A DNA stretch of 64,000 nucleotides from the NCBI GenBank assembly GCA_964016885.1, contig OZ024742.1, positions 129,394,001 through 129,458,000 of the forward strand. Direction: 5' to 3'. Each line of letters starts with the position of its first letter. Position 1 is the stretch's first letter. Position numbers and translations under genes: made by a program. The stretch is from Eledone cirrhosa. Taxonomy: Eukaryota. The notes beneath the pieces were generated by a model, which saw only the letters and a list, made by a program, of their open reading frames with translations, had not been told where the DNA came from and made no database searches. Below, in pieces: positions 39,778-55,400 of this stretch.

Positions 39778-42700
39778 TATATTGATAATGTCTTATTGAT
39801 AATGTCTTATTGATAATGTCTTATTGATAATATCTTATTGATAATGTCTTATTGATAATATCTTATTGATAATGTCTTATTAATAATGTGTTATTGATAG
39901 TGTCTCATTGATAATGTCTTATTGATAATGTCTTATTGATAATGTCTTATTGATAATGTGTTATTGATAATGTCTTATCGATAATGTCTTATTGATAATG
40001 TCCCATTGATAATGTCTTATTGATAATGTCCCATTGATAATGTCTTATTGATAATGTCTTATTGATAATTTCTTATTGATAATGTCTCATTGATAATGTC
40101 TTATTGATAATGTCATATCGATAATGTCTTATTGATAATGTCCCATTGATAATGTCTTATTGATAATGTCCCAATGGTAATGTCTTATTGATAATGTCTT
40201 ATTGATAATGTCTTATTGATAATGTTTATTATGATGTCTTATTGATAATGTCTTATTGATAATGTCTTATTGATAATGTCTTATTGATAATGTTTATTAT
40301 GATGTCTTATTGATAATGTCTTATTGATAATGTCTTATTTATAATGTCTCATTGATAATGTCTTATTGATAATGTCTTATTGATAATATCTTATTGATAA
40401 TGTACCATTGATAATGTCTTATTGATAATGTCCCATTGATAATGTCCCATTGATAATGTCCCATTGATAATGTCCCATTGATAATGTCTTATTTATAATG
40501 TCTCATTGATAATGTCTTATTATAATGTCTTATTGATAATGTCTTATTGATAATGTCTCATTGATAATGTCTTATTATAATGCCTTATTGATAATGTCTT
40601 ATTGATAATGTCTTATTGATAATGTCTTATTGATAATATCTTATGGATAATGTCTCATTGATAATGTCATATTATAATGTCTTATTGATAATGTCTTATT
40701 GATAATGTCTTATTGATAATGTCTTATTGATAATGTCTTATTGATAATGTACCATTGATAATGTCCCATTGATAATGTCATATTATAATGTCTTATTGAT
40801 AATGTCTTATTGATAATGTCTTATTGATAATGTCTTATTGATAATGTCTTATTGATAATGTCTTATTGATAATGTCCCATTGATAATGTCCCATTGATAA
40901 TGTCATATTATAATGTCTTATTGATAATGTCTTATTGATAATGTCTTATTGATAATGTCTCATTGATAATGTCTTATTGATGTCTTATTGATAATGTCTT
41001 ATTGATAATGTACCATTGATAATGTCCCATTGATAATGTCATATTATAATGTCTTATTGATAATGTCTTATTGATAATGTCTTATTGATAATGTCTTATT
41101 GATAACGTACCATTGATAATGTCCCATTGATAATGTCATATTATAATGTCTTATTGATAATGTCTTATTGATAATGTCTTATTGATAATGTCTCAATGTT
41201 ATTGTCTTATTGATAATGACTTATTGATAATGTCTTATTGATAATGTCTTATTGATAATGTACCATTGATAATGTCCCATTGATAATGTCATATTATAAT
41301 GTCTTATTGATAATGTCTTATTGATAATGTCTTATTGATAATGTCTCATTGATAATGTCTTATTGATAATGTCTTATAATGCCTTATTGATAATGTCTTA
41401 TTGATAATATCTTATTGATAATGTCTTATAATGCCTTATTGATAATGTCTTATTGATAATATCTTATTGATAATGTCCCATTGATAATGTCTTATTGATA
41501 ATGTCCCAATGGTAATGTCTTATTGATAATGTCTTATTGATAATGCCTTATTGATAATGTTTATTATGATGTCTTATTGATAATGTCTTATTGATAATGT
41601 CTTATTTATAATGTCTCATTGATAATGTCTTATTGATAATGTCTTATTGATAATATCTTATTGATAATGTACCATTGATAATGTCTTATTGATAATGTCC
41701 CATTGATAATGTCCCATTGATAATGTCTTATTTATAATGTCTCATTGATAATGTCTTATTATAATGTCTTATTGATAATGTCTTATTGATAATGTCTCAT
41801 TGATAATGTCTTATTATAATGCCTTATTGATAATGTCTTATTGATAATGTCTTATTGATAATGTCTTATTGATAATATCTTATGGATAATGTCTCATTGA
41901 TAATGTCATATTATAATGTCTTATTGATAATGTCTTATTGATAATGTCTTATTGATAATGTCTTATTGATAATGTCTTATTGATAATGTCTTATTGATAA
42001 TGTACCATTGATAATGTCCCATTGATAATGTCATATTATAATGTCTTATTGATAATGTCTTATTGATAATGTCTTATTGATAATGTCCCATTGATAATGT
42101 CCCATTGATAATGTCATATTATAATGTCTTATTGATAATGTCTTATTGATAATGTCTTATTGATAATGTCTCATTGATAATGTCTTATTGATGTCTTATT
42201 GATAATGTCTTATTGATAATGTACCATTGATAATGTCCCATTGATAATGTCATATTATAATGTCTTATTGATAATGTCTTATTGATAATGTCTTATTGAT
42301 AATGTCTTATTGATAACGTACCATTGATAATGTCCCATTGATAATGTCATATTATAATGTCTTATTGATAATGTCTTATTGATAATGTCTTATTGATAAT
42401 GTCTCAATGTTATTGTCTTATTGATAATGACTTATTGATAATGTCTTATTGATAATGTCTTATTGATAATGTACCATTGATAATGTCCCATTGATAATGT
42501 CATATTATAATGTCTTATTGATAATGTCTTATTGATAATGTCTTATTGATAATGTCTCATTGATAATGTCTTATTGATAATGTCTTATAATGCCTTATTG
42601 ATAATGTCTTATTGATAATATCTTATTGATAATGTCTTATAATGCCTTATTGATAATGTCTTATTGATAATATCTTATTGATAATGTCCCATTGATAATG

Positions 42701-45700
42701 TCTTATTATAATGTCTCATTGATAATGTCTTATTGATAATGTCTTATTGATAATGTCCCATTGATAATGTCTTATTGATAATTGTTTCTACTTTAGGCAC
42801 AAGGCCAGCAATTACCCAGTACATTACTGGTACTATATTTTATCGACCCTGTAAGGATGAAAGGCGAAGTTAACCTCGGCGGGATTTGAACTCAGACTGT
42901 AAAGGGACGTAACTATGCTGGAAAGCATGGCATCCGACTCTCTACCGATACTGCAATCCCCCGCCCCATTATCAATGTCTTATTGATAATGTCTTATTAT
43001 AATATCTTATTGATAATGTCTTATTATAATGTCTCATTGATAATGTCTTATTGATAATGTCTTATTGATAATGTCTTATTATAATGTCTCATTGATAATG
43101 TCTTATTGATAATGTCTTATTATAATGTCTCATTGATAATGTCTTATTGATAATGTCTTATTGATAATGTCTTATTATAATGTCTCATTGATAATGTCTT
43201 ATTGATAATGTCTTATTGATAATGTCTTATTATAATGTCTCATTGATAATGTCTTATTGATAATGTCTTATTGATAATGTCTTATTATAATGTCTCATTG
43301 ATAATGTCTTATTGATAATGTCTTATTATAATGTCTCATTGATAATGTCTTATTGATAATGTCTTATTAATAATGTCTCATTGAAAATGTCTTATTATAA
43401 TTGTTACTATTTTAGGCACAAGGCCGGCAATTAACCAGTACATTACTGGTACTTTATTTTATCGACCCTGTAAGGATGAAAGGCAAAGTTAGAGTGTCAG
43501 ACATTGATAATGTCTGACACTCTACCGATACTGCCAATCAACTTATTATGTCTTATTGATAATGTCTTATTAATAATGTCTTATTATAATGTCTTATTGA
43601 TAATGTCTTATTAACGTCTTATTGATAATGTCTTATTATAATGTCTTATTAATAATGTCTTATTATAATGTCTTATTGATAATGTCTTATTGATAATGTC
43701 TTATTAATAATGTCTTATTGATAATGTCTTATTGCTAATGTCTTATTGATAATGTCTCATTGATAATGTCTTATTGATAATGTCTTATTGATAATGTCTT
43801 ATTGATAATGTCTTATTATAATGTCTCATTGATAATGTCTTATTGATAATGTCTTATTGATAATGTCTTATTATAATGTCTCATTGATAATGTCTTATTG
43901 ATAATGTCTTATTGATAATGTCTTATTGATAATGTCTCATTGATAATGTCTTATTGATAATGTCTTATTGATAATGTCTCATTGATAATGTCTTATTGAT
44001 AATGTCTTATTGATAATGTCTTATTATAATGTCTCATTGATAATGTCTTATTGATAATGTCTTATTGATAATGTCTTATTATAATGTCTCATTGATAATG
44101 TCTTATTGATAATGTCTTATTATAATGTCTCATTGATAATGTCTTATTGATAATGTCTTATTAATAATGTCTCATTGAAAATGTCTTATTATAATTGTTA
44201 CTATTTTAGGCACAAGGCCGGCAATTAACCAGTACATTACTGGTACTTTATTTTATCGACCCTGTAAGGATGAAAGGCAAAGTTAACCTAGGCAGGATCT
44301 GAATTCAGATCATAAACGGACGTAACTCTATTCTTCAAAGAATGGTGTCTGACACTCTACCGATACTGCCAATCCACTTATTATGTCTTATTGATAATGT
44401 CTTATTAATAATGTCTTATTATAATGTCTTATTGATAATGTCTTATTAACGTCTTATTGATAATGTCTTATTATAATGTCTTATTAATAATGTCTTATTA
44501 TAATGTCTTATTGATAATGTCTTATTGATAATGTCTTATTGATAATGTCTTATTGATAATGTCTTATTGATAATGTCTTATTGATAATATCTTATTGATA
44601 ATGTCTCATTGATAATGTCTTATTGATAATGTCTTATTGATAATGTCTTATTGATAATGTCCCAATGATAATGTCTTATTGATAATGTCCCAATGGTAAT
44701 GTCTTATTGATAATGTCTTATTGATAATGTCCCATTGATAATGTCTTATTGATAATGTCCCAATGATAATGTCTTTTTGATAATGTCTTATTGATAATGT
44801 CTTACTGATAATGACTTATTGATAATGTCTTATTGATAATGTCTTATTGATAATGTCTTATTGATAATGTCACATTGATAATGTCTTATTATAATGTCTC
44901 ATTGATAATGTCTTATTATAATGTCTTATAGATAATGTCTTCTTGATAATGTCTTATTGATAATGTCTTAATATAATGTCTTATTGATAATGTCTTAATA
45001 TAATGTCTTATTGATAATGTCTTATTATAATGTCTCATTGATAATGTCTTATTATAATGTCTCATTGATAATGTCTTATTGATAATGTCTTATTGATAAT
45101 GTCTTATTATAATGTCTCATTGATAATGTCTTATTATAGTGTCTTATAGATAATATCTTATTGATAATGTCTTCTTGATAATGTCTTATTGATAATGTCT
45201 TATTGATAATGGCTCATTATAATGTCTTATTGATAATGTCTTATTGATAATGTCTCATTGATAATGTCTCATTGATAATGTCTTATTGATAATGTCTTAT
45301 TGATAATGTCTTATTGATAATATCTTATTGATAATGTCTCATTGATAATGTCTTATTGATAATGTCTTATTGATAATGTCTTATTGATAATGTCCCAATG
45401 ATAATGTCTTATTGATAATGTCCCAATGGTAATGTCTTATTGATAATGTCCCATTGATAATGTCTTATTGATAATGTCCCAATGATAATGTCTTTTTGAT
45501 AATGTCTTATTGATAATGTCTTATTGATAATGTCTTATTGATAATGTCTTATTGAAAATGTCTTATTGATAATGTCTTACTGATAATGACTTATTGATAA
45601 TGTCTTATTGATAATGTCTTATTGATAATGTCTTATTGATAATGTCACATTGATAATGTCTTATTATAATGTCTCATTGATAATGTCTTATTATAATGTC

Positions 45701-47500
45701 TAATAGATAATGTCTTCTTGATAATGTCTTATTAATAATGTCTTAATATAATGTCTTATTGATAATGTCTTATTATAATGTCTCATTGATAATGTCTTAT
45801 TATAATGTCTTATAGATAATGTTTTCTTGATAATGTCTTATTGATAATGTCTTATTATAATGTCTCATTGATAATGTCTTATTGATAATGTCTTATTGAT
45901 AATGTCTTATTATAATGACTCATTGATAATGTCTTATTATAATGTCTTATAGATAATATCTTATTGATAATGTCTTCTTGATAATGTCTTATTGATAATG
46001 TCTTATTGATAATGGCTCATTATAATGTCTTATTGATAATGTCTTATTGATAATGTCTTATTGATAATGTCTCATTGATATTGTCTTATTGATAATGTCT
46101 TATTGATAATGTCTTATTGATAATGTCTTATTGAAAATATCTTATTGATAATGTCTCATTAATAATGTCTTATTGATAATGTCTTATTGATAATGTCTTA
46201 TTGATATTGTCTTATTGATAATGTCCTATTGATAATGTCTTATTATAATGTCTCATTGATAATGGCTTATTATAATGTCTTATTAATAATGTCTCATTGA
46301 TAATGTCTTATTATAATGTCTTATAGATAATATCTTATTGATAATGTCTTCTTGATAATGTCTTATTGTTAATGTCTTATTGATAATGGCTCATTATAAT
46401 GTCTTATTGATAATGTCTTATTGATAATGTCTTATTGATAATGTCTCATTGATATTGTCTTATTGATAATGTGTTATTGATAATGTGTTATTGATAATGT
46501 CTTATTGATAATGTCTTATTGATAATGTCTTATTGATAATGTCTTATTGAAAATATCTTATTGATAATGTCTCATTAATAATGTCTTATTGATAATGTCT
46601 TATTGATAATGTCTTATTGATAATGTCTCATTGATATTGTCTTATTGATATTGTCTTATTGATAATGTCCTATTGATAATGTCTTATTATAATGTCTCAT
46701 TGATAATGGCTTATTATAATGTCTTATTGATAATGTCTCATTGATAATGTCTTATTATAATGTCTTATAGATAATATCTTATTGATAATGTCTTCTTGAT
46801 AATGTCTTATTGATAATGTCTTATTGATAATGGCTCATTATAATGTCTTATTGATAATGTCTTATTGATAATGTCTTATTGATAATGTCTCATTGATATT
46901 GTCTTATTGATAATGTGTTATTGATAATGTGTTATTGATAATGTGTTATTGATAATGTCTTATTATAATGTCTTATTGATAATGTCTTATTGATAATGTC
47001 TTATTGATAATATCTCATTGATAATGTCTTATTGATAATGTCTTATTGATAATGTCTCATTGATAATGTCTTATTATAATATCTTATTGATAATATCTTA
47101 TCGATAATGTCTTATTGATAATGTCTTATTGATAATGTCTTATTGATAATATCTCATTGATAATGTCTTATTGATAATGTCTTATTGATAATGTCTCATT
47201 GATAATGTCTTATTATAATATCTTATTGATAATGTCTCATTGATAATGTCTTATTTTAATATCTTATTGATAATATCTTATTGATAATGCCTCATTAATA
47301 ATGTCTTATTGATAATGTCTTATTGATAATGTACCATTGATAATGTCTTATTGATAATGTCTTATTGATAATGTTTTATTGAAAATGTCTTATTATAATG
47401 TCTTATTGATAATGTCTTATTGATAATGTTTTATTGAAAATGTCTTATTGATAATGTCTCGTTGATATTGTCTTATTGATAATGTCTTATTGATAATGTT
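39778..47500. repeat. ~7.7-kb 14-bp satellite (ATTGATAATGTCTT)n with higher-order duplications and three SINE insertions
   Basis: Direct reading. Variant units (GTCCC, GTACC, GTCTC, 13-mers) recur in repeated blocks. Confidence 0.97.
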
Positions 47501-47574
47501 ATTGTCAGGTAAAGAATGGCAAACATTCTGGTATGTTATTGCTTTTGTAGAATAAACAACTGTTACAACATTAA

Positions 47575-47794
47575 CCTTTTAGCATTCAAACCAGCGGTAT
47601 CTGGCCAGAATTCTCTCACCTCCTTCTGTTCAAACTGGCTGTAAATGGCTACTCATACTTATGTTAAGGTACTCTTCTCAAAACAAATATCATCAAAATC
47701 TCATAGATTGATATTATGTGAGATAATTATGTGAATTAAAGTGTTTACCATGAAAATACATTGGTATATATAGAATAATGTAAATACTAAAGGG
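47575..47794. mobile_element. piggyBac-type MITE
   Basis: TTAA|CCTTTTAGCATT...AATACTAAAGGG|TTAA. Related ends TTAACCCTTTAGCATT are at about 31639 and 57043. Confidence 0.7.
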
Positions 47795-50700
47795 TTAACT
47801 ACAGCAGCAAGTGTATAAAGATAAAACAATGTTGATTGCGTCAATGTTATCAATGGTGATAGTAATGATGATGATGACAATGATGACGATTATCATCATC
47901 ATTATCATCATCGTTTAATGTCCATCTTCCATGCTAGCATGGGTTAGACGGTTTTGTTTCTTTTAATGCAGGAATGGTCAGGAGACTGTGTCTCGCTCGC
48001 ACGGAAGCGTCTCTGGCAGGTTTTTTACACCTGGAAGTCCTTCCTAACACCAACCACATTTACAGTGTGGACTGGGAGCCTTTTCACCGTGTCCCCTACA
48101 CGGCCTCCTTACAGTGTGAACTGTTGTGTCATCGACACATTGGATGGAGTGGGAGAGTGAGGGTGGGGTAGGGTGTGGCAATGAGGTGTACATTGAGTTA
48201 AGAGGTGCCTACTGACTGTAGGTTTGTATGCAATGGTAGTTGGGTCTTTTGTACAACTGCATGGCACCAAAGGTCTCGATCCAGTGTCATTATCTTAGAG
48301 AGGTGTAGGTGGGCAAGGTCAGTTTTTATCACCTCGTTCTAGGTTTTTCATGGTCTACCCACTCCGTAGCTTCCATCAATTTTCATTGCCCCTGATGACA
48401 ATAGCGATGGTGATGATGATGATGACAATAATCATGATGACACTGATCATGTCAATGAAGAGGATGATGGTGATGATAATAATTATTTCTTATATAGGCA
48501 CAAGGCCAGCAATTTTAGGGGAGGGAAAGTCAATTAAATCGACCCCAGTGCATGACTGGTACTTTATTTTATCGACCCCGTAAGGATGAAAGGCAAAGTT
48601 AACCTTGGCGGGATTTGAACTAGATCATAAAGGGCCGTAACTCTATGCTGCAAAGTATTTTGTCCGATACTGCCAAACGACCGCCCAATGATGATGATAA
48701 TAATTGTTTCTACTTTTGGCACAAGGCCAGCAATTACTGGTGATGATGATAATAATGAGGAGAAGAAAGAGAGTATATCAATTAAACATCTCTCTATCTC
48801 TCTTCCCCCTCCCTCTCTCACTCTCTCTTTGTCTCTTTTTCTCTTAGTCTCTCTCTCCCTCTCTCTCCCCTCTCTCTCTCCCTCTCCCCTCTCTCTCCCC
48901 TCTCTCTCCCTTTCTCCCTCTATCCCCTCTCTCTCTCTTTGAGTGTAGAAGATCCATCATTGTCTTGTATGTTGTTCCAAGCTTTGCAGCTATTCAAGGA
49001 GTCAACCAAGGACACATACAGCCTATAGTCCCTAATATAGTTGGTATCAACTCTCTGGCAGCAGCAATTTCTCTATTTTTTTTTATTTTTTTTTATTTTT
49101 TTTTAATACCTTTTAAATATTCAATCTCAGTGACCCAATAAATAGGAAAAAAAACATTTCATTATTATATATCCAATAAAATATACTGCATAGGTGTTTC
49201 AAATGATTTTGAAAATATTCAAATGTTTGGAGAAATTTTTCTTTTAGCATCCTGTGTCACATGAAACTGCATTACTAACAAGATATGTCTAAAAAGTACA
49301 AAACAGCATTATGACTACAATCACATTAAAAATTATACTCTTTACTTTAACATTGCAAATTTTTACAATGACTTTTTCACTAGTAAAGATACTATAAACA
49401 TTTGAATTAACAAACTATATGAAAGCACATTACTGAGACATTTTTGAAAAATACAAAACAGCATTATTACTGCATCATATTAAAAATTAAAGTCTTTACT
49501 TTAATAGATCACAATTTTATAATGATCTGTCTACTGGTAAAGCTACTATAAACATTTGAATTAACAAACCCATTTTAGATATTTTCTGCTAAATCATTAC
49601 AGGATGTAAAGAGTTTATTAAATAACTAACACTTTCATTATTAAACTTACAGGGTCATTAAAATAAAGCACCAGTAATGCACTGGGATAATTGCTGGCCT
49701 TGTGCCAAAAGAAGAAACAATTATTAAACTGATATTTAGAACATCACTTAACATAATTATGATGAAGTAGTTTTGTATCATAAATGCAAAGTGGTTTCAG
49801 TGTTATCAAAAGGGTTATACTCAGAAAATGAAAATAATCTATATTAAGTTGAAACTAAATGTTAAAAAAAGGAACTACTTGATGTATGTATGAATCCATA
49901 ACTCCTGGTGGAGTTATGAGGGTGCCATAGTGACATACGTCATTTCTTAGGTATGGTAAACCTGGTGGGGCCCATCTCTTCTGCAGGTCTGAGCATAGCC
50001 GGTTTCTTCCAAAGATTGAAAGAGAGATTGTGAGAGAAGAAGTGAAAATGAGATCATCATCATTTTACATCCGCTTTTCCCTGCTTGCAAGGGTGGGACG
50101 GGAACTGATTCTGGCTTGATTTCTACGGCTGGATGCCCTTCCTAACACCAACCTCATTTACAGTGAGTGCTGGGTGCTTTTTTTCCGTGACGCCTACACA
50201 TCCACTTTACAGTGTGGGCTGGGTGCTTTTTTGCAGTGACACCTCCACAACCACTTTGTAGTGGAATGATAGGGACCCTAGTCCCTATCATCTCATTTCT
50301 ACAGCTGAGTAAACTGGAGCAATGTGAAATAAAGTTTCTTGATCAAGGAAACAACACAAAAATCAACCATAGTACTAGATTGGTACTTTTGTTTTCGACC
50401 TTGAAAGGATGAAAGGCAATGTTCACCTTGGCATAATTTCACCTCAGGGCTCAGAGAGCCGGAATAAATACTGCAAAGCATTCTATCCAACATTCCAGCA
50501 ACTATGCCAATTAAGAGCCCATAACTGCTTTATAAGTCAGACTATTAGACTGAGTGCATTCAAGTGCATGGAATGGTCATGTGTGTGTATATGTGTGTGT
50601 GTGTGTGTTGTTCTATGAAGAGGTCACCATACTGCTCTGGGGCCGCCAAGGTTTAAATCTGGTTCTGATGGCCATGTAACATAGTGCAGCTTCTGTCAAA

Positions 50701-52466
50701 ACATATAAAGAGAATATAGTAAACTACACAAGCATTGTATGATAGTTTGTTAAAGAGAACAGACAAACCAGATTTCAATTTGTAATGTGTGATGTTAATG
50801 TGCAGGCATTACGAAGAATGGATGAACTGAGAGAAAAACTGTGTATACCAGGAATCAAATGGTAATAGATGGTCCTGTAACTCCTGCAGGAGTCATAGGG
50901 ATGTTGTATTGACATACAGCGTTTTAGGGTATTTTTAAAACCTGGTGGAGCTCATCTCCTCTCCAGGTCTGAATACAGCAGATTTCTTCCAGAGACGGAT
51001 AGAGAGTGTGAGAAAGGAAGTGAGAAAGAGATAAAGAGGAAGAATCGCCCTCAGTACTAGACTGGTACTCTTTTTATCAACCTTGGATGGAGGAAAGGTT
51101 AACCTCGGCAGGATTTGAACTCAGAGAGCAGAGAACTGGAACAAATAGCACAAAGCATTCTATCCAATTTTCTAAAAACTCTGCCAATTTGCCATACAAA
51201 TGGTATAAGATTGTGCAAAAGATAGGCTGCATATAGATGATGTTTGTTAGGTGAAAAAGTGCTTATGATTGCAATGGAAAAAAGCTGCAGTAGAGGAAGA
51301 TCAAAGAAGAACTGAGCAGAAATGCTAAGAGCAGTTCTCATAATGCTGAACCTAATAGAAAAGATGACAAAAAAATGTATTATAAATTTGGTTAGTTTGG
51401 TCGTTCATTGTGAAGTTGTTGAAGATTGTGATGTGTGATTGATGTTGGTAAAGTGATTTCCCCATTATATTGGTATAGATTTACAAGGGAAACAAAACTG
51501 CTAATTTATATATTTTTATTCCTGCCATGATTTGCAATGAAATCATGTGGCAAATAATAAAATAACAAGAACAGGTAACATCTGAAATAACTAAGAGTAT
51601 ATGCATGAAAGAGATGTAGTAGAATTGTGAGATTGATTGAATACTTTTGAGGATGTAGATTGAACTTCTATTGACATTGGTCTGTCTATAACCACCAGTC
51701 CTGGTGACTGGACAGCCACAGCCAATGATTGATTGTCTGACCAGGAGTCTGACTAGATATCTGACCAGAGAGAGGATGAAGTGAGAAGTGTTGGACTTTA
51801 TATAACCCTTGGTGACATCAAGGCTATTTTTGTCTCGGTTGTTAACAAGAGGCATTTCCTTAAATGTGCTGTCCAACCCATGCAAATATGGTAAAATGGA
51901 CATAAAAGGATGATGATGATGACGGTGGTGGTGGTGGTAGTGGCAACCCTTACCACCTTTATCATCATTTTACGTCCACTTCCCATGCTGGCATGGGCTG
52001 GACAGATTAAAATAAAATACTTTCTCTTTCTCTTCAAATTGCTGGCCTTGTGCCAAAAGTAGAAGCAATTATTACAGGAGGAAAGAAACTGAGAAAGGAT
52101 ACTTTCATTGTCCTTCATCTGGCAGAGTAATTCAAGGTTTTGTTTGGGATTTTCCCTGAAATTATCCTAAAGTACAGTCCCCTATAATTGGGGAACTTCA
52201 TCGAGTTAATATTTACTGTTTTTTTTCTTTTGTTATTATTACATGGATTGGCAGTGTCAGGTAGAGCAACGGACAACATGCATTGAGGCATATAGTTATG
52301 GTCCTTTGTATTCTGAGTTCAAATCCTGCTAAGGTTAGCTTTGCCTTTCATCCTTATGGGGTCGATAAAATAAAGGATCAGTAATGAACTGGGGTCGATT
52401 TAAATTGACTTTCCCCTCCCCCAAATTGCTAGTCTTGTCCCAAATGTAGAAACATGACTATTTATT

Positions 52467-55400
52467 AGAGTTACTGTTACTGCTATACCCCATGTCTTAC
52501 TTTAGTTCATGTAAACCTCTAGAGTTACTGTTACTGCTATACCCAATGTCTTACTTTGGTTGATGTAAACCTCTAGAGTTACTGTTACTGCTATACCCAA
52601 TGTCTTACTTTGGTTGATGTAAACCTCTAGAGTTACTGTTACTGCTATACCCCATGTCTTACTTTGGTTGATGTAAACCTCTAGAGTTACTGTTACTGCT
52701 ATACCCCATGTCTTACTTTGGTTGATGTAAACCTCTAGAGTTACTGTTACTGCTATACCCAATGTCTTACTTTGGTTGATGTAAACCTCTAGAGTTACTG
52801 TTACTGCTATACCCAATGTCTTACTTTGGTTGATGTAAACCTCTAGAGTTACTGTTACTGCTATACCCCATGTCTTACTTTGGTTCATGTAAACCTCTAG
52901 AGTTACTGTTACTGCTATACCCCATGTCTTACTTTGGTTCATGTAAACCTCTAGAGTTACTGTTACTGCTATACCCCATGTCTTACTTTGGTTGATGTAA
53001 ACCTCTAGAGTTACTGTTACTGCTATACCCAATGTCTTACTTTGGTTGATGTAAACCTCTAGAGTTACTGTTACTGCTATACCCAATGTCTTACTTTGGT
53101 TCATGTAAACCTCTAGAGTTACTGTTACTGCTATACCCCATGTCTTACTTTGGTTGATGTAAACCTCTAGAGTTACTGTTACTGCTATACCCCATGTCTT
53201 ACTTTGGTTGATGTAAACCTCTAGAGTTACTGTTACTGCTATACCCCATGTCTTACTTTGGTTGATGTAAACCTCTAGAGTTACTGTTACTGCTATACCC
53301 CATGTCTTACTTTGGTTGATGTAAACCTCTAGAGTTACTGTTACTGCTATACCCAATGTCTTACTTTGGTTGATGTAAACCTCTAGAGTTACTGTTACTG
53401 CTATACCCAATGTCTTACTTTGGTTGATGTAAACCTCTAGAGTTACTGTTACTGCTATACCCCATGTCTTACTTTGGTTGATGTAAACCTCTAGAGTTAC
53501 TGTTACTGCTATACCCCATGTCTTACTTTGGTTGATGTAAACCTCTAGAGTTACTGTTACTGCTATACCCCATGTCTTACTTTGGTTGATGTAAACCTCT
53601 AGAGTTACTGTTACTGCTATACCCCATGTCTTACTTTGGTTGATGTAAACCTCTAGAGTTACTGTTACTGCTATACCCCATGTCTTACTTTGGTTGATGT
53701 AAACCTCTAGAGTTACTGTTACTGCTATACCCCATGTCTTACTTTGGTTGATGTAAACCTCTAGAGTTACTGTTACTGCTATACCCCATGTCTTACTTTG
53801 GTTAATGTAAACCTCTAGAGTTACTGTTACTGCTATACCCCATGTCTTACTTTGGTTGATGTAAACCTCTAGAGTTACTGTTACTGCTATACCCAATGTC
53901 TTACTTTGGTTGATGTAAACCTCTAGAGTTACTGTTACTGCTATACCCATGTCTTACTTTGGTTCATGTAAACCTCTAGAGTTACTGTTACTGCTATACC
54001 CCATGTCTTACTTTGGTTGATGTAAACCTCTAGAGTTACTGTTACTGCTATACCCCATGTCTTACTTTGGTTCATGTAAACCTCTAGAGTTACTGTTACT
54101 GCTATACCCCATGTCTTACTTTGGTTCATGTAAACCTCTAGAGTTACTGTTACTGCTATACCCCATGTCTTACTTTGGTTGATGTAAACCTCTAGAGTTA
54201 CTGTTACTGCTATACCCCATGTCTTACTTTGGTTGATGTAAACCTCTAGAGTTACTGTTACTGCTATACCCCATGTCTTACTTTGGTTCATGTAAACCTC
54301 TAGAGTTACTGTTACTGCTATACCCCATGTCTTACTTTGGTTGCTGTAAACCTCTAGAGTTACTGTTACTGCTATACCCCATGTCTTACTTTGGTTGATG
54401 TAAACCTCTAGAGTTACTGTTACTGCTATACCCCATGTCTTACTTTGGTTGATGTAAACCTCTAGAGTTACTGTTACTGCTATACCCAATGTCTTACTTT
54501 GGTTGATGTAAACCTCTAGAGTTACTGTTACTGCTATACCCAATGTCTTACTTTGGTTGATGTAAACCTCTAGAGTTACTGTTACTGCTATACCCCATGT
54601 CTTACTTTGGTTGATGTAAACCTCTAGAGTTACTGTTACTGCTATACCCCATGTCTTACTTTGGTTGATGTAAACCTCTAGAGTTACTGTTACTGCTATA
54701 CCCCATGTCTTACTTTGGTTGATGTAAACCTCTAGAGTTACTGTTACTGCTATACCCCATGTCTTACTTTGGTTCATGTAAACCTCTAGAGTTACTGTTA
54801 CTGCTATACCCCATGTCTTACTTTGGTTCATGTAAACCTCTAGAGTTACTGTTACTGCTATACCCCATGTCTTACTTTGGTTCATGTAAACCTCTAGAGT
54901 TACTGTTACTGCTATACCCCATGTCTTACTTTGGTTGATGTAAACCTCTAGAGTTACTGTTACTGCTATACCCCATGTCTTACTTTGGTTGATGTAAACC
55001 TCTAGAGTTACTGTTACTGCTATACCCCATGTCTTACTTTGGTTGATGTAAACCTCTAGAGTTACTGTTACTGCTATACCCCATGTCTTACTTTGGTTCA
55101 TGTAAACCTCTAGAGTTACTGTTACTGCTATACCCAATGTCTTACTTTGGTTGATGTAAACCTCTAGAGTTACTGTTACTGCTATACCCAATGTCTTACT
55201 TTGGTTCATGTAAACCTCTAGAGTTACTGTTACTGCTATACCCCATGTCTTACTTTGGTTGATGTAAACCTCTAGAGTTACTGTTACTGCTATACCCCAT
55301 GTCTTACTTTGGTTGATGTAAACCTCTAGAGTTACTGTTACTGCTATACCCCATGTCTTACTTTGGTTGATGTAAACCTCTAGAGTTACTGTTACTGCTA

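Noticed and set aside
49298-49569. diverged ~155-bp tandem duplication
   Set aside because: Ordinary old duplication with no ribozyme core or other structure seen.
51481-51903. 140-aa ORF
   Set aside because: It starts in a LINE/SINE tail and has no recognisable domain.
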